The notes under the pieces: model-generated
Database searches by the model: none
Seen by the model: the letters and a program-made list of their open reading frames with translations, nothing else
Told to the model about the DNA's origin: nothing
Shown: positions 15,638 through 24,033 of the stretch, in pieces
Position numbering within the stretch: the stretch's first letter is position 1
How the letters are laid out: every line of letters begins with the position of its first letter
Source of the DNA: Myxococcales bacterium
GTDB lineage: Bacteria > Myxococcota > Myxococcia > Myxococcales > Anaeromyxobacteraceae
NCBI GenBank assembly: GCA_021779335.1
Contig: JAJYAW010000001.1
Span: forward strand, 1-37,762
Reading direction: 5' to 3'
DNA: 37,762 nt
Position numbers and translations under genes: made by a program

Positions 15638-16090
15638 TCAGCGCCCGAAGACGACCGCCAGCCGCCGCCTGAGCTCGTCGCGCACCTCCCGGAACGACTG
15701 GAGCTGCGCCACCTCGTCGGCGCCGCGGCCGGCCGGATCCGGCAGCCCCCAGTGGAGGCGCCGGGCCCGGCCCAGGAACACCGGGCACTCCTCCTCGGCG
15801 CACAGGGTGATGACCACGTCCACGCCCTCGGGTGAAATGGTCTCCACGCCCTTGGAGGAGTGCCCGCGGAGGTCGATGCCGAGCTCGTCGAGCGCCTGGA
15901 TGGCAAGCGGGCTGACCCTGGAGGGCCTCGAGCCCGCCGAGGAGACGGTCACGCCGGCGGGCGCCAGCGCCCGGGCGAGCCCCTCGGCCATCTGGCTGCG
16001 CGCCGAGTTGGCGACGCAGAGGAAGAGGAGGTGCCTGGGCGCCAGCCGCCTGAGCTCCTCGGCCTCGGACCGCCAGGGCTCCCCGCTCAC
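15638..16090 (-). CDS. arsC: Arsenate reductase, LMW-PTPase (thioredoxin-coupled) family
   Basis: 150 aa with P-loop [16 protein letters not shown] (CX5R-S). GTG start overlaps the acr3 stop (GTGA). Sits in an ars operon context. Confidence 0.88.
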   Translation of the reverse strand: MSGEPWRSEAEELRRLAPRHLLFLCVANSARSQMAEGLARALAPAGVTVSSAGSRPSRVSPLAIQALDELGIDLRGHSSKGVETISPEGVDVVITLCAEEECPVFLGRARRLHWGLPDPAGRGADEVAQLQSFREVRDELRRRLAVVFGR

Positions 16091-17208
16091 GGCTTCGCCC
16101 CGTTGGCGGCGGGGAAGTCCCCGGCGCAGCTCGCCAGGGCCTCCAGCCGGGCGGTCTCGCCGGGGAACCAGCGGTCGCGCAGCCGCAGGGCCACGTTGAC
16201 CAGGCCGATGAGGACCGGGACCTCCACCAGCGGCCCGATGACCGCCGCGAAGGCCGCGCCGTGCTGCATGGTGAAGGTGGCCACCGCCACCGCGATGGCG
16301 AGCTCGAAGTTGTTCGACGCGGCGGTGAAGGAGAGGGTGACCGTCTGGCCGTAGCTGGCGCCCAGCCGGCGGCTCATGAAGAAGGAGACGAAGAACATCA
16401 CGACGAAGTAGATGAGCAGCGGGATGGCGATGCGCACCACGTCGAACGGCCGCGCCACGATGGCCTTCCCCTGGATGGAGAACATCACCACGATGGTGAA
16501 GAGCAGGGCGAAGAGCGTGATGGGCGAGATGCGCGGGATGAAGACCTTGCGGTACCAGTCCTCACCCCTCCACGCCCGCAGGCCGAAGCGGCTGGCCAGG
16601 CCCGCGGCGAACGGGATCCCCAGATAGACGAGGACGCTCCGGGCGATCTCCCCGATGGTGACGTCCACCTCGGCCCCGGGCAGCCCGAGCCAGCGCGGCA
16701 GCACGGTGATGAAGACCCAGGCATAGACCGAGAAGAAGAGCACCTGGAAGACCGAGTTGAAGGCCACCAGGCCGGCGCAGTACTCGGTGTCGCCGCCGGC
16801 GAGATCGTTCCAGACGATGACCATGGCGATGCAGCGGGCCAGGCCGATCATGATGAGCCCGATCATGTACTCCGGCCGGTCGCGCAGGAAGACCACCGCC
16901 AGCACGAACATGAGGATGGGCCCGATGATCCAGTTCTGCACCAGGGAGAGCGAGAGGATGCGCACGTCCTTGAGGACCCGCGGCAGCTCCTCGTAGCGGA
17001 CCTTGGCGAGCGGCGGGTACATCATGAGGATGAGCCCGATGGCGATGGGGAGCGAGGTGGTGCCGACCTGGAGCCGGTCCACCACCTGCCGAACGCCCGG
17101 CGCCAGGAAGCCGAGCGCGACGCCGGCCCCCATGGCGGCGAAGATCCAGAGCGTCAGGTAGCGGTCGAGGAAGGAGAGGCGGCGGGCGACGCCGGCGGTC
17201 GTGGTCAC
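16087..17208 (-). CDS. acr3: ACR3 family arsenite efflux transporter
   Basis: 373 aa, about 10 TM helices. N-terminus [25 protein letters not shown] and the overall pattern are typical of Acr3/ArsB(ACR3). Lies between arsR and arsC. Confidence 0.92.
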   Translation of the reverse strand: MTTTAGVARRLSFLDRYLTLWIFAAMGAGVALGFLAPGVRQVVDRLQVGTTSLPIAIGLILMMYPPLAKVRYEELPRVLKDVRILSLSLVQNWIIGPILMFVLAVVFLRDRPEYMIGLIMIGLARCIAMVIVWNDLAGGDTEYCAGLVAFNSVFQVLFFSVYAWVFITVLPRWLGLPGAEVDVTIGEIARSVLVYLGIPFAAGLASRFGLRAWRGEDWYRKVFIPRISPITLFALLFTIVVMFSIQGKAIVARPFDVVRIAIPLLIYFVVMFFVSFFMSRRLGASYGQTVTLSFTAASNNFELAIAVAVATFTMQHGAAFAAVIGPLVEVPVLIGLVNVALRLRDRWFPGETARLEALASCAGDFPAANGAKP

Positions 17209-17217
17209 GGTGGGCTC

Positions 17218-17577
17218 CTACAGGCTCGCCACGAGCGCCCTCAGGCGGCGCAGGGCGTGCGGTTCGACGCAGTAGCAGACGCGCGGCCCATCGATGTCGC
17301 CGCGGATGAGGCCGGCCTCCTTGAGCACCTTCAGGTGCTGGGAGACGGTGGACTGGGCCAGCGGCAGCTCGTCGACGATGTCGCCGCAGACGCAGGCCTC
17401 GCGGCGGACGAGCAGCCGCAGGATCTGGACCCGGGCGGGGTGGCCCACGGCCTTGGTGAGCGCGGCCAGCTCCTCGTCCGCGGCGGGCCCCTCGACCGGG
17501 CGCAGGTCGGGGCCGGCGTGGCTGGGGTCGGTGGGCTGGCAGGTGGCCTTCCTGACGGACCTGAGGGCGCTCGGCAT
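17218..17577 (-). CDS. arsR: ArsR/SmtB family metalloregulator
   Basis: 119 aa. HTH region [45 protein letters not shown] carries the CVC metalloid-binding motif. Confidence 0.92.
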   Translation of the reverse strand: MPSALRSVRKATCQPTDPSHAGPDLRPVEGPAADEELAALTKAVGHPARVQILRLLVRREACVCGDIVDELPLAQSTVSQHLKVLKEAGLIRGDIDGPRVCYCVEPHALRRLRALVASL

Positions 17578-17594
17578 ATCGTCTGTCTACGATA
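17577..17594. promoter_or_regulatory. Inverted repeat TATCGT-N6-ACGATA abutting/overlapping the arsR start codon
   Basis: Read directly: 17577-17582 and 17589-17594. No SD can fit between it and the ATG (17577-17575). Confidence 0.3.
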
Positions 17595-17700
17595 GGCACG
17601 CCGTTCCATGCAAGCGGAAGCGCCGCCAGCCGAGAGCTGTCACCAGGAATTCACCGGACGGTGCGCCGCTGCCCGTGAGGCGGAGGCGCATGACCCGACC

Positions 17701-17734
17701 GGGATCGGCCATCGGTTGCCCGCAATCAATGGCT
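17701..17734 (-). repeat. Copy E (inverted, more diverged) of the ~34-nt intergenic element
   Basis: The reverse complement reads AGCC ATTGATTGCGGGCAACC GATGGCCG ATCCC. It lies in the arsR/tauE divergent region, with its core 94 nt upstream of the tauE start (17827). Confidence 0.5.
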
Positions 17735-17826
17735 TGCGCCCCACCGCGCCCGAGACTGCCGCCGATGCATCGCCCCTGCACAGGCCTGCGGACGGCTCAA
17801 CGCCCTGCCCGCGGAGCGAAGATCGG

Positions 17827-18582
17827 ATGAGCCCGGCCACCCTCCTCGTCTGCGCGCTCCTCGTCCTCGCCTTCTCGGGCCTCATGGCCATGGCGGGCCT
17901 CGGCGCGGCCTTCCTCTTCGTGCCGCTCTTCTATTATCTGGGCGTGCCGCTGGCGGAAGCCACGCCCGCCGCGCTCCTCCTCAACGCGGTGAGCCTCTCG
18001 CTCGCCAGCGTCAACTACTGGCGAGGCGGCCTCGTCGACTGGCGCGTCGGCCTGCCGCTCCTGGTGACCGCGGTGGCGTTCGCGCCGCTCGGCGCCCACC
18101 TGACGCCGCAGGTGGACCGGAGGATCCTGCTCGGGCTCTTCGCCGCCTTCCTCGCCTTCGCCGGGTTCATGATGCTGCGGCGGCGCGCCGGGGTCCGAGG
18201 GCAGGCGCTCGGAAGGGTGGGCACGGCGGCGGCCGGCCTGGGGGTCGGGGGCGCGGCGGGGTTCCTGGGCGGGCTGCTCGGCGTCGGAGGCGGGAACTTC
18301 ATCCTGCCCGTGCTCACCTGGGTGGGGCTCGACGCAAAGGTGGCCGCGGGGACCACGGCCGTCGTCGTGCTCTTCTCCTCCCTCTCGGGGTTCCTCGGCC
18401 ACGCCACCCTGGGCCGACTGGACCCCGTCTTCCTGGGCGTCACCGGGCTCATGGCGGCGGCGGGCTCCGCCGTCGGCTCGCAGCTCATGAAGACCAGGGT
18501 GTCGAGCGTCCAGCTCAAGAAGGTCATCGGCGGCGTGCTCTGGCTCATCGCCGTCAAGATGGCCTTCGATGCCATGAAGTGA
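17827..18582 (+). CDS. TauE/SafE family sulfite-exporter-like permease
   Basis: 251 aa from the ATG at 17827; the upstream part of track ORF 17608.. is not protein-like. Gly-rich TM helices (GLGAAFLFVPLFYYLGVPL ... GGLLGVGGGNFILPVL) are typical of the family. Confidence 0.85.
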   Translation: MSPATLLVCALLVLAFSGLMAMAGLGAAFLFVPLFYYLGVPLAEATPAALLLNAVSLSLASVNYWRGGLVDWRVGLPLLVTAVAFAPLGAHLTPQVDRRILLGLFAAFLAFAGFMMLRRRAGVRGQALGRVGTAAAGLGVGGAAGFLGGLLGVGGGNFILPVLTWVGLDAKVAAGTTAVVVLFSSLSGFLGHATLGRLDPVFLGVTGLMAAAGSAVGSQLMKTRVSSVQLKKVIGGVLWLIAVKMAFDAMK

Positions 18583-18596
18583 AAGGAGACGAGACC

Positions 18597-19217
18597 ATGA
18601 CGACGCCGCACGTCCCGCCCGAATGGGCCTTCGAGTTCCACGCGCACGAGTGCCCGTTCATGCCAATCGGGTACCGCATGGGCAAGCTGGCGCTCGAGCA
18701 CCTCGGCGTGGGGAAGGAGCCCGACCACGGCTTCTTCGTCTTCCCGGAGCTTGGCGAGGGCCACCCGCAGACCTGCATGATGGACGGGATGCAGGTCGCC
18801 ACGGGCGCCACCTACGGGAAGGTCATGATGGCCAAGACCTTCTACGGGAAGCTGGCCGCCACGTTCTTCCACCCGACCAGGGGCGCGGTGCGCTACTCGC
18901 TCCTGCCGGACTTCGTCGACGCCATGGGCGGCTTCGAGTTCTTCGCCTTCCGCAAGCGCGGCGTCGAGCCCTCCCAGATCCCGCTGGCGGTCCGGCGCGA
19001 GGTGATCCAGTGGGTCCACGAGCAGCCCGACGAGGCCCTCTTCAAGGTGGAGGCGCGGCGCGGCTTCACCTACGCGCCGGTCAAGGGGTCCTTCGCCAAG
19101 ACGAGGTGCGCCACCTGCGGCGAATACGTCTTCGACCGCTACTTGCGCTCGAAGGACGGCCGCCCCGCCTGCATCCCCTGCGCGGGCTACGAGAAGACCG
19201 TGGCGGTCGAGCGCTGA
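18597..19217 (+). CDS. FmdE-domain protein with C-terminal CxxC...CxxC zinc ribbon
   Basis: ATG at 18597 with AAGGAG 8 nt upstream; the track start at 18579 is a GTG. FHAHECPFMPIGYRMG and QTCMMDGMQVATGATYGK are typical of FmdE (PF02663-type). Ribbon CATCGEY...CIPC is present. Confidence 0.82.
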   Translation: MTTPHVPPEWAFEFHAHECPFMPIGYRMGKLALEHLGVGKEPDHGFFVFPELGEGHPQTCMMDGMQVATGATYGKVMMAKTFYGKLAATFFHPTRGAVRYSLLPDFVDAMGGFEFFAFRKRGVEPSQIPLAVRREVIQWVHEQPDEALFKVEARRGFTYAPVKGSFAKTRCATCGEYVFDRYLRSKDGRPACIPCAGYEKTVAVER

Positions 19218-19220
19218 CCA

Positions 19221-19247
19221 CCCGGCCGGCGCTCGGCCGCAGCCGGG
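19221..19247. terminator. Hairpin filling the gap between convergent fmdE and CDF genes (possible bidirectional terminator)
   Basis: CCCGGCCGGC pairs with GCCG..GCCGGG (10 bp with a 2-nt bulge) within 19221-19247. Confidence 0.4.
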
Positions 19248-20165
19248 TCACCGCACCGACGCCAGCCGTGGATCCGCCACCACGCCGCTGGCGTCGCAGG
19301 CCACCGCCTCGAGCTGCAGCGTGGCGTGGGCGATGTCGTGCGCGTGGTGCAGCCGCTCCTGGGCGAGCTCGACCAGGCCGGCCGCCTCCGACAAGGGCGC
19401 GTCCGGGATGACCAGATGGGCGCTGGCGGCGCGCAGCCTGGACGAGACGCTCCAGACGTGGACGTGGTGGACGTCGAGGACCCCCGGCACCTGGCGCAGG
19501 CTGGCCGCCACCTGGTCCGCCGAGGCGCCGGCCGGGGCGCCCTCGGAGAGCAGGTGGGCCGCGTCCCGGGTCACGCCGAAGGCGGCCCAGGCCGAGACGA
19601 GGCCGATGGCGATGGAGAGGACGGGATCGACGTGCGGGACGCCGGCCCACATGAGGGCGCCGCCGACGATGACCGCCGCCGAGGCCGCCGCGTCGGCCAG
19701 GAGGTGGAGCAGGGCGCTCCGGGTCCCGAGGTCGTCGTCGGCGTGGGGCCGGAGCAGCAGCGCCGAGCCGGCGTTGGCGGCCAGGGCCACGACGCCGAGG
19801 GCCATGACCATGCCGCCCGGCGGCGAGGCGTCGCTGCCGAGGCGCTGCACGCCCGCCCAGACCAGCGACCCCGCCAGCGGCAGGAGCAGCAGCCCGTTCA
19901 CGAACGCCACCATGGGCTCGGCGCGCAGCAGCCCGAAGGTGCGCGTCGCCGTCGCCGCCCGGAGCGCCAGGCGGGCCCCGACCCAGGCGAGCACCAGGCT
20001 CCCCACGTCGCTCAGGTTGTGGAGGGCGTCGGCCAGCAACGCCAGGCTGCCAGCGTGGAAGCCGACGCCAGCCTCGGCCACCGTGATGACGACGTTGAGG
20101 AGGATGGCTCCGCCGAGGGCCTTGGCGCCCGCCCCCGCGGCGTGGTCGTGCCCGTCGCCGCTCAC
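19248..20165 (-). CDS. Cation diffusion facilitator (CDF) family divalent-metal efflux transporter
   Basis: 305 aa. LNVVITVAEAGVGFHAGSLALLADALHNLSDV is the CDF signature with HxxxD/HxxxD metal sites. A cytoplasmic C-terminal domain is present. Confidence 0.9.
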   Translation of the reverse strand: MSGDGHDHAAGAGAKALGGAILLNVVITVAEAGVGFHAGSLALLADALHNLSDVGSLVLAWVGARLALRAATATRTFGLLRAEPMVAFVNGLLLLPLAGSLVWAGVQRLGSDASPPGGMVMALGVVALAANAGSALLLRPHADDDLGTRSALLHLLADAAASAAVIVGGALMWAGVPHVDPVLSIAIGLVSAWAAFGVTRDAAHLLSEGAPAGASADQVAASLRQVPGVLDVHHVHVWSVSSRLRAASAHLVIPDAPLSEAAGLVELAQERLHHAHDIAHATLQLEAVACDASGVVADPRLASVR

Positions 20166-20806
20166 GCGGCGCCCTGGGCGCTCTTCGCCGGCGCGCCCTG
20201 CCCCGGCCGCTCCAGGCAGGGGATGCAGACCATCCGCTCCCCGTCGACGCGCAGGTAGCGCTCGATGACCAGGTCGCCGCAGACCTCGCAGACGTCGGTG
20301 GCGAAGGTCTCGGCCCGCGGCGCCACCTCGACCCGGAACTCGGGGCCGACGGAGAGGATGCGCTCCTGCGGCGCGCTCAGGACCCCGTCGATGACCGGAT
20401 CCACCACCTCGTCAGGCACCCTGGAGGCGGGGATTCCCCGGGAGCGGTACTCCTTGAAGTACGGCGTGCGGCGCCCGGCCAGCTGGGCCTCCGCGAGCGG
20501 CACCACCCGCACGGACCGGCCGGTGGCCTGCTCCGTGAGCGTCACGCCGAACTTGCCGTGACCCGCCTTGCGAATGTTGCCCTTGCCGAAGGTGCAGCCG
20601 GTGATCATCTGCACCCCGTCGGCGAAGCAGTGGGCGCAGTGATCGTCGCCGAGCTCCAGCACGACGGACAGCTCCTTGTCCTTGGCCCGGGCCACCGCCA
20701 GCGCGTTCATGGCGGCCGCGCCGGCGCGCAGGCCGAGCGGCATGGCGGGGCACTTGTGGCCGTGCAGCTGCTGGCCGGCCTTCAGGAACTCCCTGGCATC
20801 GATCAT
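20162..20806 (-). CDS. FmdE-domain protein with C-terminal zinc ribbon (paralog of 18597..19217)
   Basis: 214 aa. LHGHKCPAMPLGLRAG, HCAHCFADGVQMITGCTFGKGN, ribbon CEVCGD...CIPC. GAGGAG SD is present. Its stop overlaps the CDF start by 4 nt. Confidence 0.85.
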   Translation of the reverse strand: MIDAREFLKAGQQLHGHKCPAMPLGLRAGAAAMNALAVARAKDKELSVVLELGDDHCAHCFADGVQMITGCTFGKGNIRKAGHGKFGVTLTEQATGRSVRVVPLAEAQLAGRRTPYFKEYRSRGIPASRVPDEVVDPVIDGVLSAPQERILSVGPEFRVEVAPRAETFATDVCEVCGDLVIERYLRVDGERMVCIPCLERPGQGAPAKSAQGAA

Positions 20807-20821
20807 CGGTCCACTCCTCGT

Positions 20822-20850
20822 GAGGCCGGGCGCGGGGGTGCGCCGGCCTC
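20822..20850 (-). terminator. Strong GC hairpin between czcA stop and the fmdE RBS (terminator/attenuator candidate)
   Basis: GAGGCCGG(G)CGC pairs with GCGCCGGCCTC (11 bp, one bulge, 5-nt loop). It lies immediately upstream of the fmdE SD. Confidence 0.4.
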
Positions 20851-20876
20851 GTCAAGGTAGTGAGCCCAACGGCGGG

Positions 20877-20910
20877 ATCCATTGAGCGCAGGCAACGGCG
20901 GGCGCATTGC
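20877..20910 (+). repeat. Copy B of the ~34-nt intergenic element (ATCC ATTGAGCGCAGGCAACG GCGGGCGC ATTGC)
   Basis: Read directly. The core begins 74 nt upstream of the fmdE start (20806, minus strand), and the element ends 12 nt from the czcA stop. Confidence 0.65.
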
Positions 20911-20922
20911 CGGCCGCCCTCC

Positions 20923-23900
20923 TCACGACGTGCCCCGGACGGCGTCCTCCTGCGCCATCCCGCCCGGCCCCGCCCGCGCGCCGGCCAGGGCCAGGTAGAC
21001 GGCCGGCAGCACCAGGAGCGTCAGGAGCGTCGACGTCACCAGGCCCCCCATCACGACCACCGCCAGCGGCCTCTGGATGTCGGCGCCGGAGCCCTGGGCG
21101 AAGAGCATGGGCAGGTGCCCGATGAAGCTGGTGAGCGCCGTCATGAGCAGGGGCCGGAACCGGAGGTTGCACCCCTCCCGCACGGCCTCGGCCACGGTGC
21201 GGCCCTCGTCCCGGAGCTGGCGCAGGAAGGCCACCAGCACCACGCCGTTCTGGACCGCGACCCCGAGCAGCACGATGAAGGCGACCGCCGCCGAGACCGA
21301 GACCGGCATGCGGAACACCACCACCGCGACCACGCCGCCCACCAGGGCAAAGGGCAGGTTGAGCAGCACCAGCAGGGCGTCGCCGAAGGAGCCGAGGGCG
21401 AGGTACAGGAGCAGCAGGATGAGGACGAGGGCGATGGGCACCACCACCGCCAAGGTCCGCATGGCCCGCTGCTGGTTCTCGAACTGGCCGCCGAGCTCCA
21501 GGAAGGTCCCCGGCGGCAGCTCCTTCTCGAACGGCTTCAGCTTCTCCTGGAGCTCGGCCACGAAGCCGCCCAGGTCGCGCCCGCGGATGTTGGCCTCGAC
21601 CACCACCCGCCGGATGCCGTTCTCCCGCGACACCTGGGCCGGCGCCTCGACCAGCTCGATGCGGGCCAGCTGCGAGAGCGGCACCCGCTCCCCGCCCGGC
21701 GCGGCCACCAGGAGGCGCCCGATCCGGCCGATGTCGTCGCGGGACCCGGGCGGGAATCGGACCACCACCGCGAAGCGGCGCTGCTCCTCGATGAGGGTGG
21801 TGGCGGCCTTCCCGGCGATGGCCGACTCGATGGTGTCGTTGACGTCCCCCACCGAGATGCCGTGGCGCGCCGCCGCCTCCCGGTCGATGACCACGTCGTA
21901 CTGGGAGAGGCCCGAGACCTGCTCGACCTTGACGTCGCTGGCGCCGCGGACGCCGCCCATGGCCACCGCGATCCGGTCGGCGTACCCCTTGAGGAGCGCC
22001 AGGTCGGTGCCGAAGACCTTGACGGCCACGTCGCTCTTCACGCCGGAGATGAGCTCGTTCACCCGGAGCGCGATGGGCTGCGAGAAGGAGAAGCGCAGCC
22101 CGGGCAGCCGCGACAGGTCGCGCTGCATGACCTCCGCCAGCTCGGCGCGGGAGCGGTCGCGGCCGAAGGACCGGCGCGGCTTCAGCATGACGAAGACGTC
22201 GGTCTGCTCCGGCCCCATGGGGTCCTCGGAGATCTCGGCGCGCCCCGTCTTGGAGACGACGGTCTCCACCTCCGGGTAGGCCTTGAGCTGCCTCTCGAGG
22301 TAGCGGGCCACCTCCACCGATCCCTGCAGGGAGGCGTTGGGGAGCCGGACCACGTTGATGGCGATGGCCCCCTCGTCGAGCGCCGGCATGAACTCGGTGC
22401 CGACGAGCGGGACCAGCGCGCCCGCACCCACCAGGACCGCCAGCGAGAGCCCGATGGTCCGGCGCGGGTGCGACACCGCCTTGTCGAGGAGCGAGAGGTA
22501 GCCGGCGTGGAACCGGCGCACGAAGGCGAACTCCCTCTCCGGCGCCTGCGCGAGCGCGATCTCGGAGAGCACCGGGATGACCAGCAGCGCCACCGCCAGG
22601 GAGACCAGCAGGGCAATGAGCATCGTCGAGGCCAGGGGGGCGAACATCTTCCCCTCGATGCCCTGGAGCGCGTAGAGCGGCACCAGGATCACCGCGATGA
22701 CCAGCACCGAGAAGGCCACCGGCCTGGCCACCTCGTTCACCGCCTCGGCCACGATGCGCCGCCTGGGTGCGTCGGTCCGGTGGGCCAGGTGGCGCCGCAC
22801 GTTCTCGACCACCACGATGGAGGCGTCCACCACCATGCCGACCGAGAAGGCCAGCCCGCCCAGGGACATGAGGTTGGAGGTGAGCCCCACCCGCCCCATG
22901 ACGATGAAGGCGACCAGGAAGGTGAGCGGGAGCGACACCAGCACCACCAGCGCCGTGCGGAGCTCGGCCACGAAGAGGAGGAGGACCACCACCACGAGCA
23001 GGCCGCCCTCGAGGAGGGCGTCCATGACCGTCTTGATGCACGCCTCGATGAGCGAGGTCCGGTCGTAGAAGACGTTGATGCGGGCGCCGGGCGGCAGGGT
23101 GGTGCGCGCCTTGTCGATGGCGGCCTTGACGCGCTCGACCACGTCCTTGGCGTTCTCACCCTTGAGCATGATGACCATGCCCGCGACGGCCTCGCCCTTG
23201 CCGTCCCGCGTCACGGCGCCCTGGCGCGGCTCGGCGCCGATGACCACGTCGGCCACGTCGCGCAGGTAGATGGGCGTGCCGTCGTGGGCCTTCAGGACCA
23301 CGCGCTCGATGTCGGGGATGTCGCGCATCAGCCCGACCCCGCGCAGGTAGGTCTGCTCCCAGCCCTCCACCACCACGCCGCCGCCGGCGTTGCCGTTGGA
23401 GCGCTCCAGCGCCTCGGCCACCTCGCGCACGGTCAGCCCGTACTCGACGAGCCGCTCTGGCCGGACGACCACCTGGTACTGCTTGACGAACCCGCCGAAG
23501 CTGTTCACCTCGTTGACGCCCGGGACCGGCTTCAGCAGCGGCGCCACGATCCAGTCCTGGATGGTCCGCAGGTCCATCGGCGAGAGGCCGTCGCCCTCCA
23601 GCGTGTACTGGAAGATCTCCCCCAGGCCGGTGGAGATGGGGCCGAGCTCGGGGTCCACGCCTCGCGGCAAGCCCTCTTTCACCGCGGCCAGCCGCTCGAA
23701 GACGATCTGGCGAGTCCAGTAGGTGTCCACCCCGTCCTCGAAGACCACCACCACCTGCGACAGCTCGGCCTTGGAGAGGGAGCGGACCGACTTCACCCGC
23801 GGCAGGCCGCGCAGGTGCTGCTCGATGGGGAAGCTGACGCGGGTCTCGACGTCCACGGCGGCGAGGCCGGGGGCCTTGGTGAGGACCATGACCTGCGTAT

Positions 23901-24024
23901 TGGTGACGTCCGGGAAGGCGTCGATGGGGAGGTGCGTCCAGGCCACGCCGCCCAGGACGGCGAGCGCGGCGGCGACGGCGAGGACGAGGAAGCGGTGACC
24001 GAGGACCCACTGGATGGCGCGCAT
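20923..24024 (-). CDS. czcA: CzcA/CusA family heavy-metal efflux RND permease (CzcA-like)
   Basis: 1033 aa. N-terminus LPIDAFPDVTNTQVMVLTKAPGLAAVDVE and PIALRVNELISGVKSDVAVKVFGTDL blocks resemble divalent-cation HME pumps. 12-TM RND architecture. Confidence 0.92.
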   Translation of the reverse strand: MRAIQWVLGHRFLVLAVAAALAVLGGVAWTHLPIDAFPDVTNTQVMVLTKAPGLAAVDVETRVSFPIEQHLRGLPRVKSVRSLSKAELSQVVVVFEDGVDTYWTRQIVFERLAAVKEGLPRGVDPELGPISTGLGEIFQYTLEGDGLSPMDLRTIQDWIVAPLLKPVPGVNEVNSFGGFVKQYQVVVRPERLVEYGLTVREVAEALERSNGNAGGGVVVEGWEQTYLRGVGLMRDIPDIERVVLKAHDGTPIYLRDVADVVIGAEPRQGAVTRDGKGEAVAGMVIMLKGENAKDVVERVKAAIDKARTTLPPGARINVFYDRTSLIEACIKTVMDALLEGGLLVVVVLLLFVAELRTALVVLVSLPLTFLVAFIVMGRVGLTSNLMSLGGLAFSVGMVVDASIVVVENVRRHLAHRTDAPRRRIVAEAVNEVARPVAFSVLVIAVILVPLYALQGIEGKMFAPLASTMLIALLVSLAVALLVIPVLSEIALAQAPEREFAFVRRFHAGYLSLLDKAVSHPRRTIGLSLAVLVGAGALVPLVGTEFMPALDEGAIAINVVRLPNASLQGSVEVARYLERQLKAYPEVETVVSKTGRAEISEDPMGPEQTDVFVMLKPRRSFGRDRSRAELAEVMQRDLSRLPGLRFSFSQPIALRVNELISGVKSDVAVKVFGTDLALLKGYADRIAVAMGGVRGASDVKVEQVSGLSQYDVVIDREAAARHGISVGDVNDTIESAIAGKAATTLIEEQRRFAVVVRFPPGSRDDIGRIGRLLVAAPGGERVPLSQLARIELVEAPAQVSRENGIRRVVVEANIRGRDLGGFVAELQEKLKPFEKELPPGTFLELGGQFENQQRAMRTLAVVVPIALVLILLLLYLALGSFGDALLVLLNLPFALVGGVVAVVVFRMPVSVSAAVAFIVLLGVAVQNGVVLVAFLRQLRDEGRTVAEAVREGCNLRFRPLLMTALTSFIGHLPMLFAQGSGADIQRPLAVVVMGGLVTSTLLTLLVLPAVYLALAGARAGPGGMAQEDAVRGTS

Positions 24025-24033
24025 AAGGGGGGC

